A stretch of DNA of 63,615 nucleotides, the filler included, from Octopus bimaculoides (taxonomy: Eukaryota): NCBI RefSeq assembly GCF_001194135.2. It is 10 parts of 10 records of this genome, joined end to end, with 100 filler letters (N's around TTAATTAATTAA, not from the genome) between each part and the next. Parts side by side here need not be neighbours in the genome. Positions count along the whole stretch, not along the records: positions 52,746 to 56,919 come from NC_069002.1; positions 57,020 to 60,271 come from NC_068992.1; positions 60,372 to 61,649 come from NW_026339332.1; positions 61,750 to 63,615 come from NW_026406988.1; 6 more parts are not named here. One strand, 5' to 3'. The position numbers and the translations under genes are program-made. This document shows, in pieces, positions 52,646 through 63,615 of this stretch; the first letter of the stretch is position 1; each line of letters opens with the position of its first letter. The notes below the pieces were generated by a model. That model searched no databases and was not told the origin of the DNA. It saw nothing but the letters and a program-made list of their open reading frames with translations.

Positions 52646-54097
52646 NNNNNNNNNNNNNNNNNNNNNNNNNNNNNNNNNNNNNNNNNNNNTTAATTAATTA
52701 ANNNNNNNNNNNNNNNNNNNNNNNNNNNNNNNNNNNNNNNNNNNNAGGAAATCATAATGTTCATGAGTGAATTCCGCTAAAGGAACCCAGGGACCAGGTG
52801 CTGGTGTTAAACAGAGTGCCAGATTAAGTCGACCGCACCCAAAATAGGAAAGGCCCTTTCGACAGGCTTCCACACAGTTTCCGTCTACCAAATTTCACAC
52901 ACGAAGTGATGGTCGACTCAAACATTGCCCAACACTGGGATCGAATTCCAAACCTAGTTGCACAAGTGAACTGCCACCTTGACTGTAAATGCGTGCGTGA
53001 GCGAGAAAGGGAAGGGATAAAGACATTTTTTTAGTTTTTATTTCTTTTTTGGTCAGGGGAAAAGCAGTGCCCATGACATGTTGCCAGGCCTGGGGCAGGA
53101 GGGAGGAAGGCAGGTAAAAGGTTACCTTCAAACCAAAGATCTGATCCAAATGTTTGCTAAAGGTAGCCAAGGTGAGGTGTTAAACAGGGAGGCCACGACG
53201 GGAACCAAGAAGGCAAAGAGCCGGAACAAATACCACGAACTTGTCGGATAAGTTCAAAGCCATAAAAAAAAAGAGTCTGTTAAACATGCAAGAAACTCAG
53301 CAGTTAACGATGTTATTTGACGATTAAAGAAATCTACCACCACCCACCACCCTCTTCTCTTCTACTTTATCGCCATGTTGACAAACTAATAACAAACGAA
53401 AAACAATACCTGATTTGGGACATAGTGGTAGACCCCTGGTGGGGTAATCACCTGGCCGTTACTGGTTTGGACTGTATATACTGAAGTAGTGTTCGGATAG
53501 GATATGTAGGTCCTCATGATTAAACTATCCGGAGCTGGTCAATTGGGTCAATAACGACGATGACACGAGAGAAAATGAAGTCAGACTAAGATTAAATAAA
53601 AAATAACAAACGCAACAAACCTACAGAAAAGGAGTGTTACTAAGTGGAGAGGGGGGGAGATATATATAAATAGAGAGAGAGAAATAAAGAGGATGAAAGG
53701 GAGAGGAGAGAATATATCAAGTGACTGACAAAAATAAACAGGATTTAGTCAGGTGGACATAGGTGGTGGTGGCAGTAGAGAACTGATAGGACACGTACAC
53801 ACAGCCATGCCAGAGACGAGTGACGATATAAACGAGCAAGAAAACTATTGTATAACTTGACAACTGTTTGTCAGCTTAAACTGACGGACTGCCCCCTCAC
53901 CCATCTCCACAAATCACTCAAGTGTATCCCCTACTCCCTAATTTATTAAATATTTATTTGCTGCTCAGGTACATTTAGTCCTTCCGTAACAGATGTGAAA
54001 CTTCTCAAAGCAGACAAACAGGAAGTGAGTGTGTGTGTGCGCCATCGGTAAATCATTAATCCGAAAAAGAAGCAGACTCTAAGTTACAGAGCAGTAT

Positions 54098-54137
<40 letters not shown>

Positions 54138-55329
54138 NNNNNNNNNNNNNNNNNNNNNNNNNNNNNNNNNNNNNNNNNNNNNNNNNNNNNNNNNNNNNNN
54201 NNNNNNNNNNNNNNNNNNNNNNNNNNNNNNNNNNNNNNNNNNNNTATATATATTAAAAAATAGGGTGAAAATTCATATATTAATTAATATCGATTAATTA
54301 CCAGGTCTTAATAGACACAAGATGTGATCTATTTCTAGCACATTGAATGTCCACGTTAGTGGTCAACGTTATATATATATATATATATATATATACATAC
54401 ATACACACACACACAGTGAGTGGACAAATGAAACATTTAATATGAGTTACATGTATGATTTAAAAGAATTTGATTCGGTTTCGTGCAACTTCAAGTTTTC
54501 TATGCTGGTATGGGTTGGATAGGTTAACAGGAGCTACGTCAGGCTCTTTAGTCTGTTTTGGTATGATTTCTACAGTTGGATGCTCTTCTTTAAAACCAAC
54601 CACTAAACAGTGTACTGGGTGCTTTTTATGTGGCATCATCACCAGCACTTTTCACATGCCACCAATATTAACAGGGTCACCAAGCACCTTGTAATACACA
54701 AACCCCTAAACTTGGAGAGAGAGCAGAAAGTATTAAGTGGGTGTGGTTTTGTGCCAGTTGAGGGATTAAATATATAGAGAGACAGATTCTGGTGTCTTAT
54801 TGAAGAGTAAATACAAGCATACCCCTGTTGGAAAACAAAGGAGAGTGCATGATGATGGCAAAGATGTATCAGGACATGCCACTAAGGAACATTGGGGGTA
54901 GTGAGAATAGGTGAGGTGATATAGAGGCTTGGATTGGGTGAGTGGGCAGAATGAGGTCACTGCAGTAAATGATGCTGAGAAATATAGAAGCTTGGGTGAG
55001 GGTCACAGTAGATATGTGAGGGCACTGACGATGACAAATGTTTTAAGATGGAAAACAACACAAGGAGAGGAGAGAAGGTACAAAAAGGAGGTGATTGGTG
55101 GAAACAGTAGGTAGGGGAAGACAGTAGGAAATGCAAGTGGTTTGAGGTGGGAGGAAGGTAACTGAAAAAGCCAGGGGAGAGGGATAGTATGTGCCTATTC
55201 TGCTCTCAGGTGAAAAAGGAAGTGATGGGTATAGGGGATGAGATGCAGGAGGAGAAGATTGACGAGGCTGAGAGGAAGTGGGGCAGAGCAACTGGTGAAC
55301 AAGCATTACCAAGGCAGTTTTAGGATATC

Positions 55330-55870
55330 AATTCTGCTATGGTGGATGGGTCTTCTTGAGTACAGCAAAGTGCTAGATATCTCAGTCTTTTGCCATCTCC
55401 TTTGTAAGGTTCAGTATCTTGAGATTGGCCTGCAATACTTCGTCCCATGTCTTCCTGGGTCTCCTTCTTCCACACGTTCCATCCACTTCAAGTTTCTGGT
55501 ACTTCTTTATGCAACTGTCTAACACATGACCAAACCAGTGCACTCTTTTCCCTTGTATACTGCATCTAATTCCTCACATAACTTTTCACTCTATACACTA
55601 ACACTCCATTGCACATGTATACTAACGCTGCACATCCAGTAGACCATACTAGCTTCATTCCTCTCTAGTCTTTGCATGTCTTCTGCATTCAAGGCCCACA
55701 TCTCACTATCATGTAGCATTACTGTTTGTACACATGCATCATACAATCTTCCTTTTAGTCAAAGGGAGACCTTTGGTCACCAACAGAAGTAAAAGTTCTC
55801 TCAACTTTCACTATCCTAGTCTTATTCTAGCAATTACACTTTCGGTACATCCTCCTCCACTGCTAATTAG
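55330..55870 (-). mobile_element. RTE-clade LINE 3' end
   Basis: LISSGGGCTESVIARIRLG, LYDACVQTVMLHDSEMWAL..MQRLERNEASM, HWFGHV, GRRRPRKTW. Confidence 0.85.
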
Positions 55871-57019
55871 GTTATCTGTATATTTTAAAGCTATTTTAAA
55901 TGAGCTATTTATATTTCTACAAGATAAACGATCTGCTGACATAGTAAGACAAGTTAAACTACTTGTAGATATTCATATATATATATACATTACAATATCC
56001 AATATACTTACATTACTTGACAAATTCCCTTGGAGGTAAAGAGTGCACAGTTTAAAAAACAAATAAAATATATACAATAAAAAATTAAGTAATAGGTAAT
56101 AGAAATGATTTTAAAATCTTCAGCGGGATTGACAGGTATTCTGTAGTGTAAGCAGCAACACTGATTCCTGGCAAGTGATAGGTTCAAGGTTTGGATCATG
56201 TCAATGAGCCAGTCTCATGTTACTCTCCCAAATTCATTATGATGTTTAATACTATAAAATAATGTTACACAGTGTCTATCTGTTAGTTTAATCTTCAATA
56301 TATACAAAATTATTTCATTTGTTTTTACAGGTTTTTCCATGATAGCTTGAGTAGGACTTATGCAGTATCGGATTTTTTAGTTTGGTGCTTAGCTTTAGTT
56401 TATCATTGTTTCACTCAGAAATCCAATCACATTCAAATAACTGAGTATCACTCCACTCATTAAAAACAGTTCTTATGAAGGTTTAGTTAGAGGAAGAACA
56501 CGAATGCTTGATTTAATAAGCCCTCCACAAGGTGCATTGAAGTCAAAAGTCATCTTGTCACTGCAGCAGTTTAGAAAACTATGTTTCTTTCACTTCCCTA
56601 ATTAGTTTGTATCTGTATTCTGTCATCAACACTGACAAAGAACAGACATGCCGAAATTGCAACATCTTCAGAAACCATCATCAGAGAAAGAGAGAACATC
56701 TATCAAATATTCAAACATGTTTGAAGGAAAATCCTCGGAGGAAAGAAATCAATCAAAATAAATAAATATATATATAAAGCTTCCTAAATTCATGCTACGT
56801 TATATTCTAATCACCCAGAATTCATTGATCTTTTAAAAATTACGATTTATGCATTGTTGTCTCTCAAATATTTAAAATCTACAATTAAGAGCCCTATCTA
56901 CTCGCTGGCGGTAACCTGCNNNNNNNNNNNNNNNNNNNNNNNNNNNNNNNNNNNNNNNNNNNNTTAATTAATTAANNNNNNNNNNNNNNNNNNNNNNNNN
57001 NNNNNNNNNNNNNNNNNNN

Positions 57020-57080
<61 letters not shown>

Positions 57081-57174
57081 TGTTTTTGCAGTTTTCACAA
57101 AAGCATATTACTCTACTTTCGCTATTCGAGTACTATTTGTCCCACCTTGTGTTGCATTTATGTGGTTACTCGTG

Positions 57175-57216
<42 letters not shown>

Positions 57217-57805
57217 CACAATGTATCTATCTATCCACTCGTTTATTTTACGCTCATTTTTCCATACTGTCGTTGGCTGAACGAGGACTTATTAAGGCAG
57301 TATTTTACGGCCGGATGCCCTTCCTTTCACCATCCGTTATCCGTTTTTCTTTTGTTTCAAATAAAATTACTATTTTTTATTCCATAACAAAGTGCAGCGT
57401 TAAAGAACGTATTCATTATATACAAGGGACAACTAACTTCATCAAACTTAATCCCAAGAGGCCAGGAAGGGAAACATTGAAACCGAAAGCGCATGGTTGA
57501 GTATTAGGCCTTCTAATAACACAGACATACCAATACACAATTCGTCCCACACATTAATCTAATGTTTAATCGTATGTCATCGTTGACCTAAAAGTCTTCT
57601 TATGTAAGACCTTCCTATAACCCATTTTATCCTTACAACGTGACCCCCCACCGCTGGCACAATGAAAGCACGAAACTTCCCCAGCATTCTCCTCTCTCTC
57701 TCTCTCTCTCTCGAGTTCTTTTTTAGTTATAAATATGTTTCCAGTTAACAATTCACAAACATAATAATCAAAGAATGTGTTTGTGATTACGATGGAATTA
57801 TTCAT

Positions 57806-57807
<2 letters not shown>

Positions 57808-57888
<81 letters not shown>
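57808..57888 (+). repeat. (CA)n microsatellite, representative of many CA/TA/TCTA/GA tracts in the window
   Basis: Directly visible; others at 16420-16620, 30478-30562, 32060-32125, 35215-35292, 44040-44114, 50070-50225 and 59960-60085. Confidence 0.95.
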
Positions 57889-57890
<2 letters not shown>

Positions 57891-58014
57891 ACACATGAAC
57901 ACACGCACACATGTATATGCATACATAGTACATATGTATACATCTATTTATGAATATATGTATGTAGAGATCTCTGTGTATGTATATGTATGCGTGTATA
58001 TATATATATATATA

Positions 58015-58047
<33 letters not shown>

Positions 58048-58143
58048 NNNNNNNNNNNNNNNNNNNNNNNNNNNNNNNNNNNNNNNNNNNNNNNNNNNNN
58101 NNNNNNNNNNNNNNNNNNNNNNNNNNNNNNNNNNNNNNNNNNN

Positions 58144-58196
<53 letters not shown>

Positions 58197-58540
58197 AGTG
58201 AAGACTTGAGAAGTAGAAACTTCAACAAAAACACAAAAACATATTTTTGCCGCCCTGACATGAGGAATATGATCGTAAGGTGCTCAATAAATGAACATTA
58301 AAATAGAACACACACACACACACACACACACATTCAAGCGTAATATTAACTACGCATACATACATATACACATATACAAGCCCCCCCCCCACCTATAATG
58401 TGACAGAAAAAGTAAAATAATACCACCATGGGGAGCAGAGTTTCCCGCGTCTTTAATCTTCAGGTTTGAGATGACAGACGGACAAAGAAGTGTTGTACAT
58501 TCCTCACAGAATTTAATTTTATTATTTAGATTCAGAAATG

Positions 58541-58735
58541 TGGCGAGCCGGCAGAACCGTTTGCACGCTGGGCGAAATGGTCAACGGCATTTCGTCCGTC
58601 TTTACCGTTCTGAGTTCAAATTCCGTCGAGGTCGACTTTACTTTTCATCCTTTCGCAGTCGATAAATTAAGTACCAGTGACTAGTCTCCACCCCACAAAA
58701 TTTCAGGCCTTGTGCCTTTAGTAGAAAGGATTATT
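58541..58735 (+). mobile_element. SINE-like family B, near full length
   Basis: TGGCGAGCCGGCAGAACCG..TTCTGAGTTCAAATTCCGTCGAGGTCGAC..GGATTATT. Confidence 0.8.
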
Positions 58736-59960
58736 TAGATCCAGAATAGTAGTGAATTGGTAGATTCCTTAGTGCGTTGGAAGAAATATCTTACTGTATA
58801 TTTTTTCCGACTCCTTATTCTCTAAGCTCAAATTCTGTTTGCCTTTCACTTTTCAGGGTCGATAAAATAAGTATAAGTTAAATTCTGTGGTCGATGATAT
58901 CGGCAAATACCATGTCTTTAAATTGATGTATAAACATCAGCGAATAAATGGACAGTAATTAAAAACTTAATAGCAGATCGTTAAACCATGTAAATCCAAT
59001 TGGGGTCGACTTTCATGTATATACATAAACGTTCTTTAAGGGCAGAAAAGCATAAATTCACATATTGTTCATATTTAAAGTGTTTCTAAACAGCTGTTTC
59101 ATTAAGATAAACACTGACAAATGCATGATTACATAATTGCGATGCGTAACTAAATTAAATCAATTTGAAGTAAAAACTGTGTTTATCTAAACTATCAGTT
59201 TTAAATATATCGGGACTTTTAATTTTTTCTTTTATTTGTTTCTGTCATTGGACTGCGGTCATGCTGGAGCACCGTCTTCAAGGGCTTAGTCAAAGAAATC
59301 GAGCCGAATACTTATTTGTTTAGTGTAGTACTTATAGGATTGGTTCCTTTGCCTTAAATGCTAGGTCACGGGGACGTAGACAAACTAACATCGGTTGCAA
59401 ATTGGTGGACAAACACAAGCACGAAGACACACGCACATATACATACATACAAACATACACATGTATGTGTATATATAAATCTCTCTCTCTTATTCTCTCT
59501 CTCTCTATATATACATACATACATTTNNNNNNNNNNNNNNNNNNNNNNNNNNNNNNNNNNNNNNNNNNNNNNNNNNNNNNNNNNNNNNNNNNNNNNNNNN
59601 NNNNNNNNNNNNNNNNNNNNNNNNNNNNNNNNNNNNNNNNNNNNNNNNNNNNNNNNNNNNNNNNNNNNNNNNNNNNNNNNNNNNNNNNNNNNNNNNNNNN
59701 NNNNNNNNNNNNNNNNNNNNNNNNNNNNNNNNNNNNNNNNNNNNNNNNNNNNNNNNNNNNNNNNNNNNNNNNNNNNNNNNNNNNNNNNNNNNNNNNNNNN
59801 NNNNNNNNNNNNNNNNNNNNNNNNNNNNNNNNNNNNNNNNNNNNNNNNNNNNNNNNNNNNNNNNNNNNNNAAGTTTCGGGGACATAAACACACCAACATC
59901 GGTTGTCAAGTGATGGTGGGAGAAAAAGCACCAACACAAGCACACACATACACATGCGTA

Positions 59961-60034
<74 letters not shown>

Positions 60035-60043
60035 CCTACATAC

Positions 60044-60083
<40 letters not shown>

Positions 60084-60090
60084 ATACATA

Positions 60091-60247
60091 CGAAGGGCTT
60101 CTTTCAGTTTCCGTCTACCACATCCACTCACAAGGCTTTGGTTGGTCCAAGGCTATAGTAGAAGATAATTGCCCAAGGTGCCACGCAGTGGGACTGATCC
60201 TGGAACCATGTGATTAGGAAGCAAGCTTCTTACCACACAGCTACGCT
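60091..60247 (-). mobile_element. SINE-like family A copy
   Basis: Match to 15647-15807. Confidence 0.8.
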
Positions 60248-62372
60248 TGCGCCTATATATGTATATATATANNNNNNNNNNNNNNNNNNNNNNNNNNNNN
60301 NNNNNNNNNNNNNNNTTAATTAATTAANNNNNNNNNNNNNNNNNNNNNNNNNNNNNNNNNNNNNNNNNNNNCATCATTATCATCTAAAGCAGCGAGATGG
60401 AAGAATTGTGAGCAAGCCGGACAAAAATGCTTAGCGACATTTCGTCCGTCTCAACATTCTGAGTTCAAATTGCGCCACGGTTGACTGTCTTTCATCGTTC
60501 CGGGATCGATAAAATAAGAACTAGTTGAGCACTGGGGTCGATGCAATCGAGTTACCCTTGTCCCCTAAATTGCAAGCCTTGCGCCATTATTTGAAGCCAA
60601 TATTTTTCATACCTCTTTTTTTTTTTTTTCTTTCTCATCATTGGCCCCGGTTTGGGATCAATATAAGGCTTAGTTTTTAATTTTTTCCAATAACTTTGCA
60701 CTGAATCCCAAAGCAAAAACGTCCATTAAACTTACATTCTAATTTTCTGTGGCATCTTCGTACTTTACTAAACAGAGATCACACTGGTTTTAACCCATAT
60801 GTTTCCCCTTCAGCGTTTCAAAATATTTCAGTTTAGATGTAGACAGCTAAAGGACTGAAACTTCCACCCGTACTTTCCACATTATTCCCTTATATCAACT
60901 TACTGCAAATCATTGAAGCAGGTTTTGCACATGAAACGAAATAATGTCTGTCTGTCATTTTCCACAACATTTCAATATGAATGGACATAACAGAAAACGA
61001 TTGTGAGGTCTCCTCCGCAATTTTCCATGATATTCTACATTGTTTCGATATGAATTCCAAATACATAAATTTCACTGAAATTTGTTACTTCTTTGCTTAA
61101 CATTTCTGAAAACAATAAATTGTTTGTATTTTTTTTTCTGAACTTTGCTCGCTGCAAATATCTTTATTCTTGATTACAACAAAAACTACTCTAATATTTT
61201 TTTGCCAAGTTTGTCACGATGTTGTTCTGATTTTTTTCACAATATATTGCTAACAATTCGACTTTCGAATATAAAGTCAACAATTCTTGAGTTCGTCAAG
61301 GCATCTCTTTGGTGGAGTCATACTATCGTCTATTTGGAAGACACATAAAATAAGAACGGACTTAACTCTTTTACCTGTACTGCGTATCATATGTGATACG
61401 TAGGGTGTATGACACGTTCGGTAGAGGAAGAAAACAGTCGTTAAAATTTCAAAAACTGCTTTTTTTTTCATCTTAAAAGTATATTTGAAACTTTATCACT
61501 ATTCGTGCAAATAAATAAATAAACAGAGCTGAATTCACACCGCGCTTTGGCTAAATAGTTGAGAAGAAACAAACGAGGGATCGAAACAGCGAATTCCAAG
61601 CGTTGTATAGACTGATAGTGGAGGCGCAATGGCCCAGTGGTTAGGGCAGNNNNNNNNNNNNNNNNNNNNNNNNNNNNNNNNNNNNNNNNNNNNTTAATTA
61701 ATTAANNNNNNNNNNNNNNNNNNNNNNNNNNNNNNNNNNNNNNNNNNNNTATAAAGGAGCTATTGTGGTAGCAGACCACGAAACATGGTTGAAATTCCTA
61801 AATACCCCATAGATATAGAGTTAGGCTATAATAATGGATATCAACATTTTATTAGTTTTTTAGAAGTAACCGGATTTGGAGTTACTTAAATAAGGATTAT
61901 TATTTGTATATCATGGAAGGGAGAACTCTGTAAATAAAAAAAAAATTAAGTAATATCACAAAGCAAGTGTTAAGGATTGCTCACGATAAAATAATTAATA
62001 TTATTATTCTTAAATTAAATGACTATAAATAGTATGTTTTTTTACACGTTTTATTACAGTTCTAGATAAAGCATGACCCTAATACTTAATTATATACACA
62101 TATATATCATTGTTGTATATTATAACAGCAAAGAATCTCTTAGACATAAACGAGTTTGGATTAATATTTTTTGAGATGTATAGAAATATATTTCGATAGT
62201 TGTAGATTACAATTGCTTAATTATTTTGTCCGTTAAAAATTTTTGCTGTTTTTTAATTGCAATTGATAAGTAATTGAATAGTTAACGCTCACGCTCATAA
62301 TACATTTCAATTAATTTTTTACAATGCAGTCGTCCTTTCACACGGAATTTCGTCCATCTTTAAACTCTGCCT

Positions 62373-62424
62373 CTGATGAGACTTATATATATCAAAAAAT
62401 GTATATAAGTCGAAATAAATTGTT
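62373..62424 (+). ncRNA. Hammerhead-like motif with canonical core and long stem II, weak stem I
   Basis: CTGATGA-GACTTATATAT [10 nt] GTATATAAGTC-GAAA-TAAATTGTT. Confidence 0.5.
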
Positions 62425-62629
62425 GACATTTTAATGTTTTAGTAATTGTTTGTTATATTATGTTATATTATAATATAAATAAATTATTGGATTGTCAATT
62501 GTATCTCTCTATCTAATTTTATCTTTGTAATTTGCAATATACCCATATTTATATGGTATTCAACTGACGTACCCGTGATTTGGATGTGTTACACACCCCT
62601 TTGAAGGAATTATTTTCCTTAGTTTGTTA

Positions 62630-62660
<31 letters not shown>

Positions 62661-62663
<3 letters not shown>

Positions 62664-62945
62664 CAATAAGAAAATGGAGGGTTATATGAGGTACTCATCA
62701 ACTTGCAGACACTGTACTCTGTTGATTAATCCGTTTATTTTACAACCAAGTAGACAATAAAGACAATATACAGACACTTATGACATACTATGTCATATTA
62801 ACAATTAAAATTTCAAATTTAAAAGGACATCTCTGTATATTGTCTTTATTGTCCTCTTGGTTGTAAAATAAACGGATTAATCAACAGAGTACAGTGTCTG
62901 GAAGTTGATGAGTACCTCATATTCCCCTCCATTTTCTTACTGCTA
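62661..62945. repeat. Fold-back element: 114-bp inverted arms, 57-bp spacer
   Basis: 62661-62774 is the reverse complement of 62832-62945 with about 6 mismatches by eye; lies in TA context. Confidence 0.92.
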
Positions 62946-63111
62946 TATAAATTTAGGGTAAAACCCTCTTTTACTCGCACCCACTTATTGCACTTGGTAA
63001 AACACTAGTGTAACAATAATCGGGTACCCTCCCAGCAGTATAATGGATATATATTATCCCTTAGTGGGTTGGATTCTCAACCCCTAACTCTCTTGGAGTA
63101 TATATATGTAT

Positions 63112-63163
63112 ACAAAACTGTCCGATGAACGGGAACGTGAAACTCCGAGTAACAGTCTTTTGT
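63112..63163 (+). ncRNA. Type I hammerhead-like motif (U4C core change)
   Basis: ACAAA-ACTGT-CCGATGA-ACG ggaa CGT-GAA-ACT ccg AGT-A-ACAGT-ct-TTTGT: all three stems pair; GUA triplet, predicted cleavage after 63151. Confidence 0.65.
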
Positions 63164-63615
63164 TATATTTCTGCTGCTTTTAAATAAAGTATATATATAT
63201 ATATATGCACATATATATGTGTGTGTGTGTGAATACATACATACACACACGCACACATATATATTGTTAAAAGACTAAATAAAGTTGGAAAAGGCACAAA
63301 AGTATATTTTAGAGAATGCTTAATATTTTTGTTACAGTGAGTGATTTAAAATATAGCCGGTTTCTATGTATCTAATCAAATATTGAAAAGAATTTTTAGA
63401 GAAGTCAAAGAAAGAAAAAAAGAAAAAAATAGAGGTTAACACTTTGTACCCATGGTTTAGTGTATTGTGCGATTTTACTTTAGAGTCACTTCTTATGTGT
63501 GTTTTGCCTACATAGGTTTAGGGTAAGGTTCAAGAGTTCAAGCTCCAAGAATTCTCTTGAAAAGACGTCTTTTGAATTGAATAAGGTAATTTCTATTCAG
63601 GATACAGCCAGCTCT

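Overview
Gappy, AT-rich, microsatellite-laden eukaryotic DNA. The SINE-like families, repeat load and TTAATTAATTAA gap placeholders suggest a cephalopod (Octopus-type) draft assembly; this is inference, not a database hit. No intact multi-exon host gene is recognisable. The window is mostly decayed mobile elements: a Tc1 transposase, two Penelope-like elements (PLEs) plus a third remnant, two Dong/R4 pieces, a HERO-like endonuclease, RTE, L2/CR1 and Gypsy remnants, three Helitron helicase remnants and five SINE-like families. Most notable observations: (1) a PLE (533-2373) with inverted pseudo-LTR arms, each carrying a minimal hammerhead ribozyme with a U3-A8 core variant, and a 2A-like motif in its tail; (2) five more hammerhead-like motifs from other families, two of which flank a 114-bp fold-back at 62.4-63.2 kb; (3) an uninterrupted SAMHD1-like HD-domain fragment at 6014-6283; (4) a spacer-less 176-bp palindrome at 20097-20272. 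All pairings and translations were read by eye, and many coordinates are approximate to about 10 bp.
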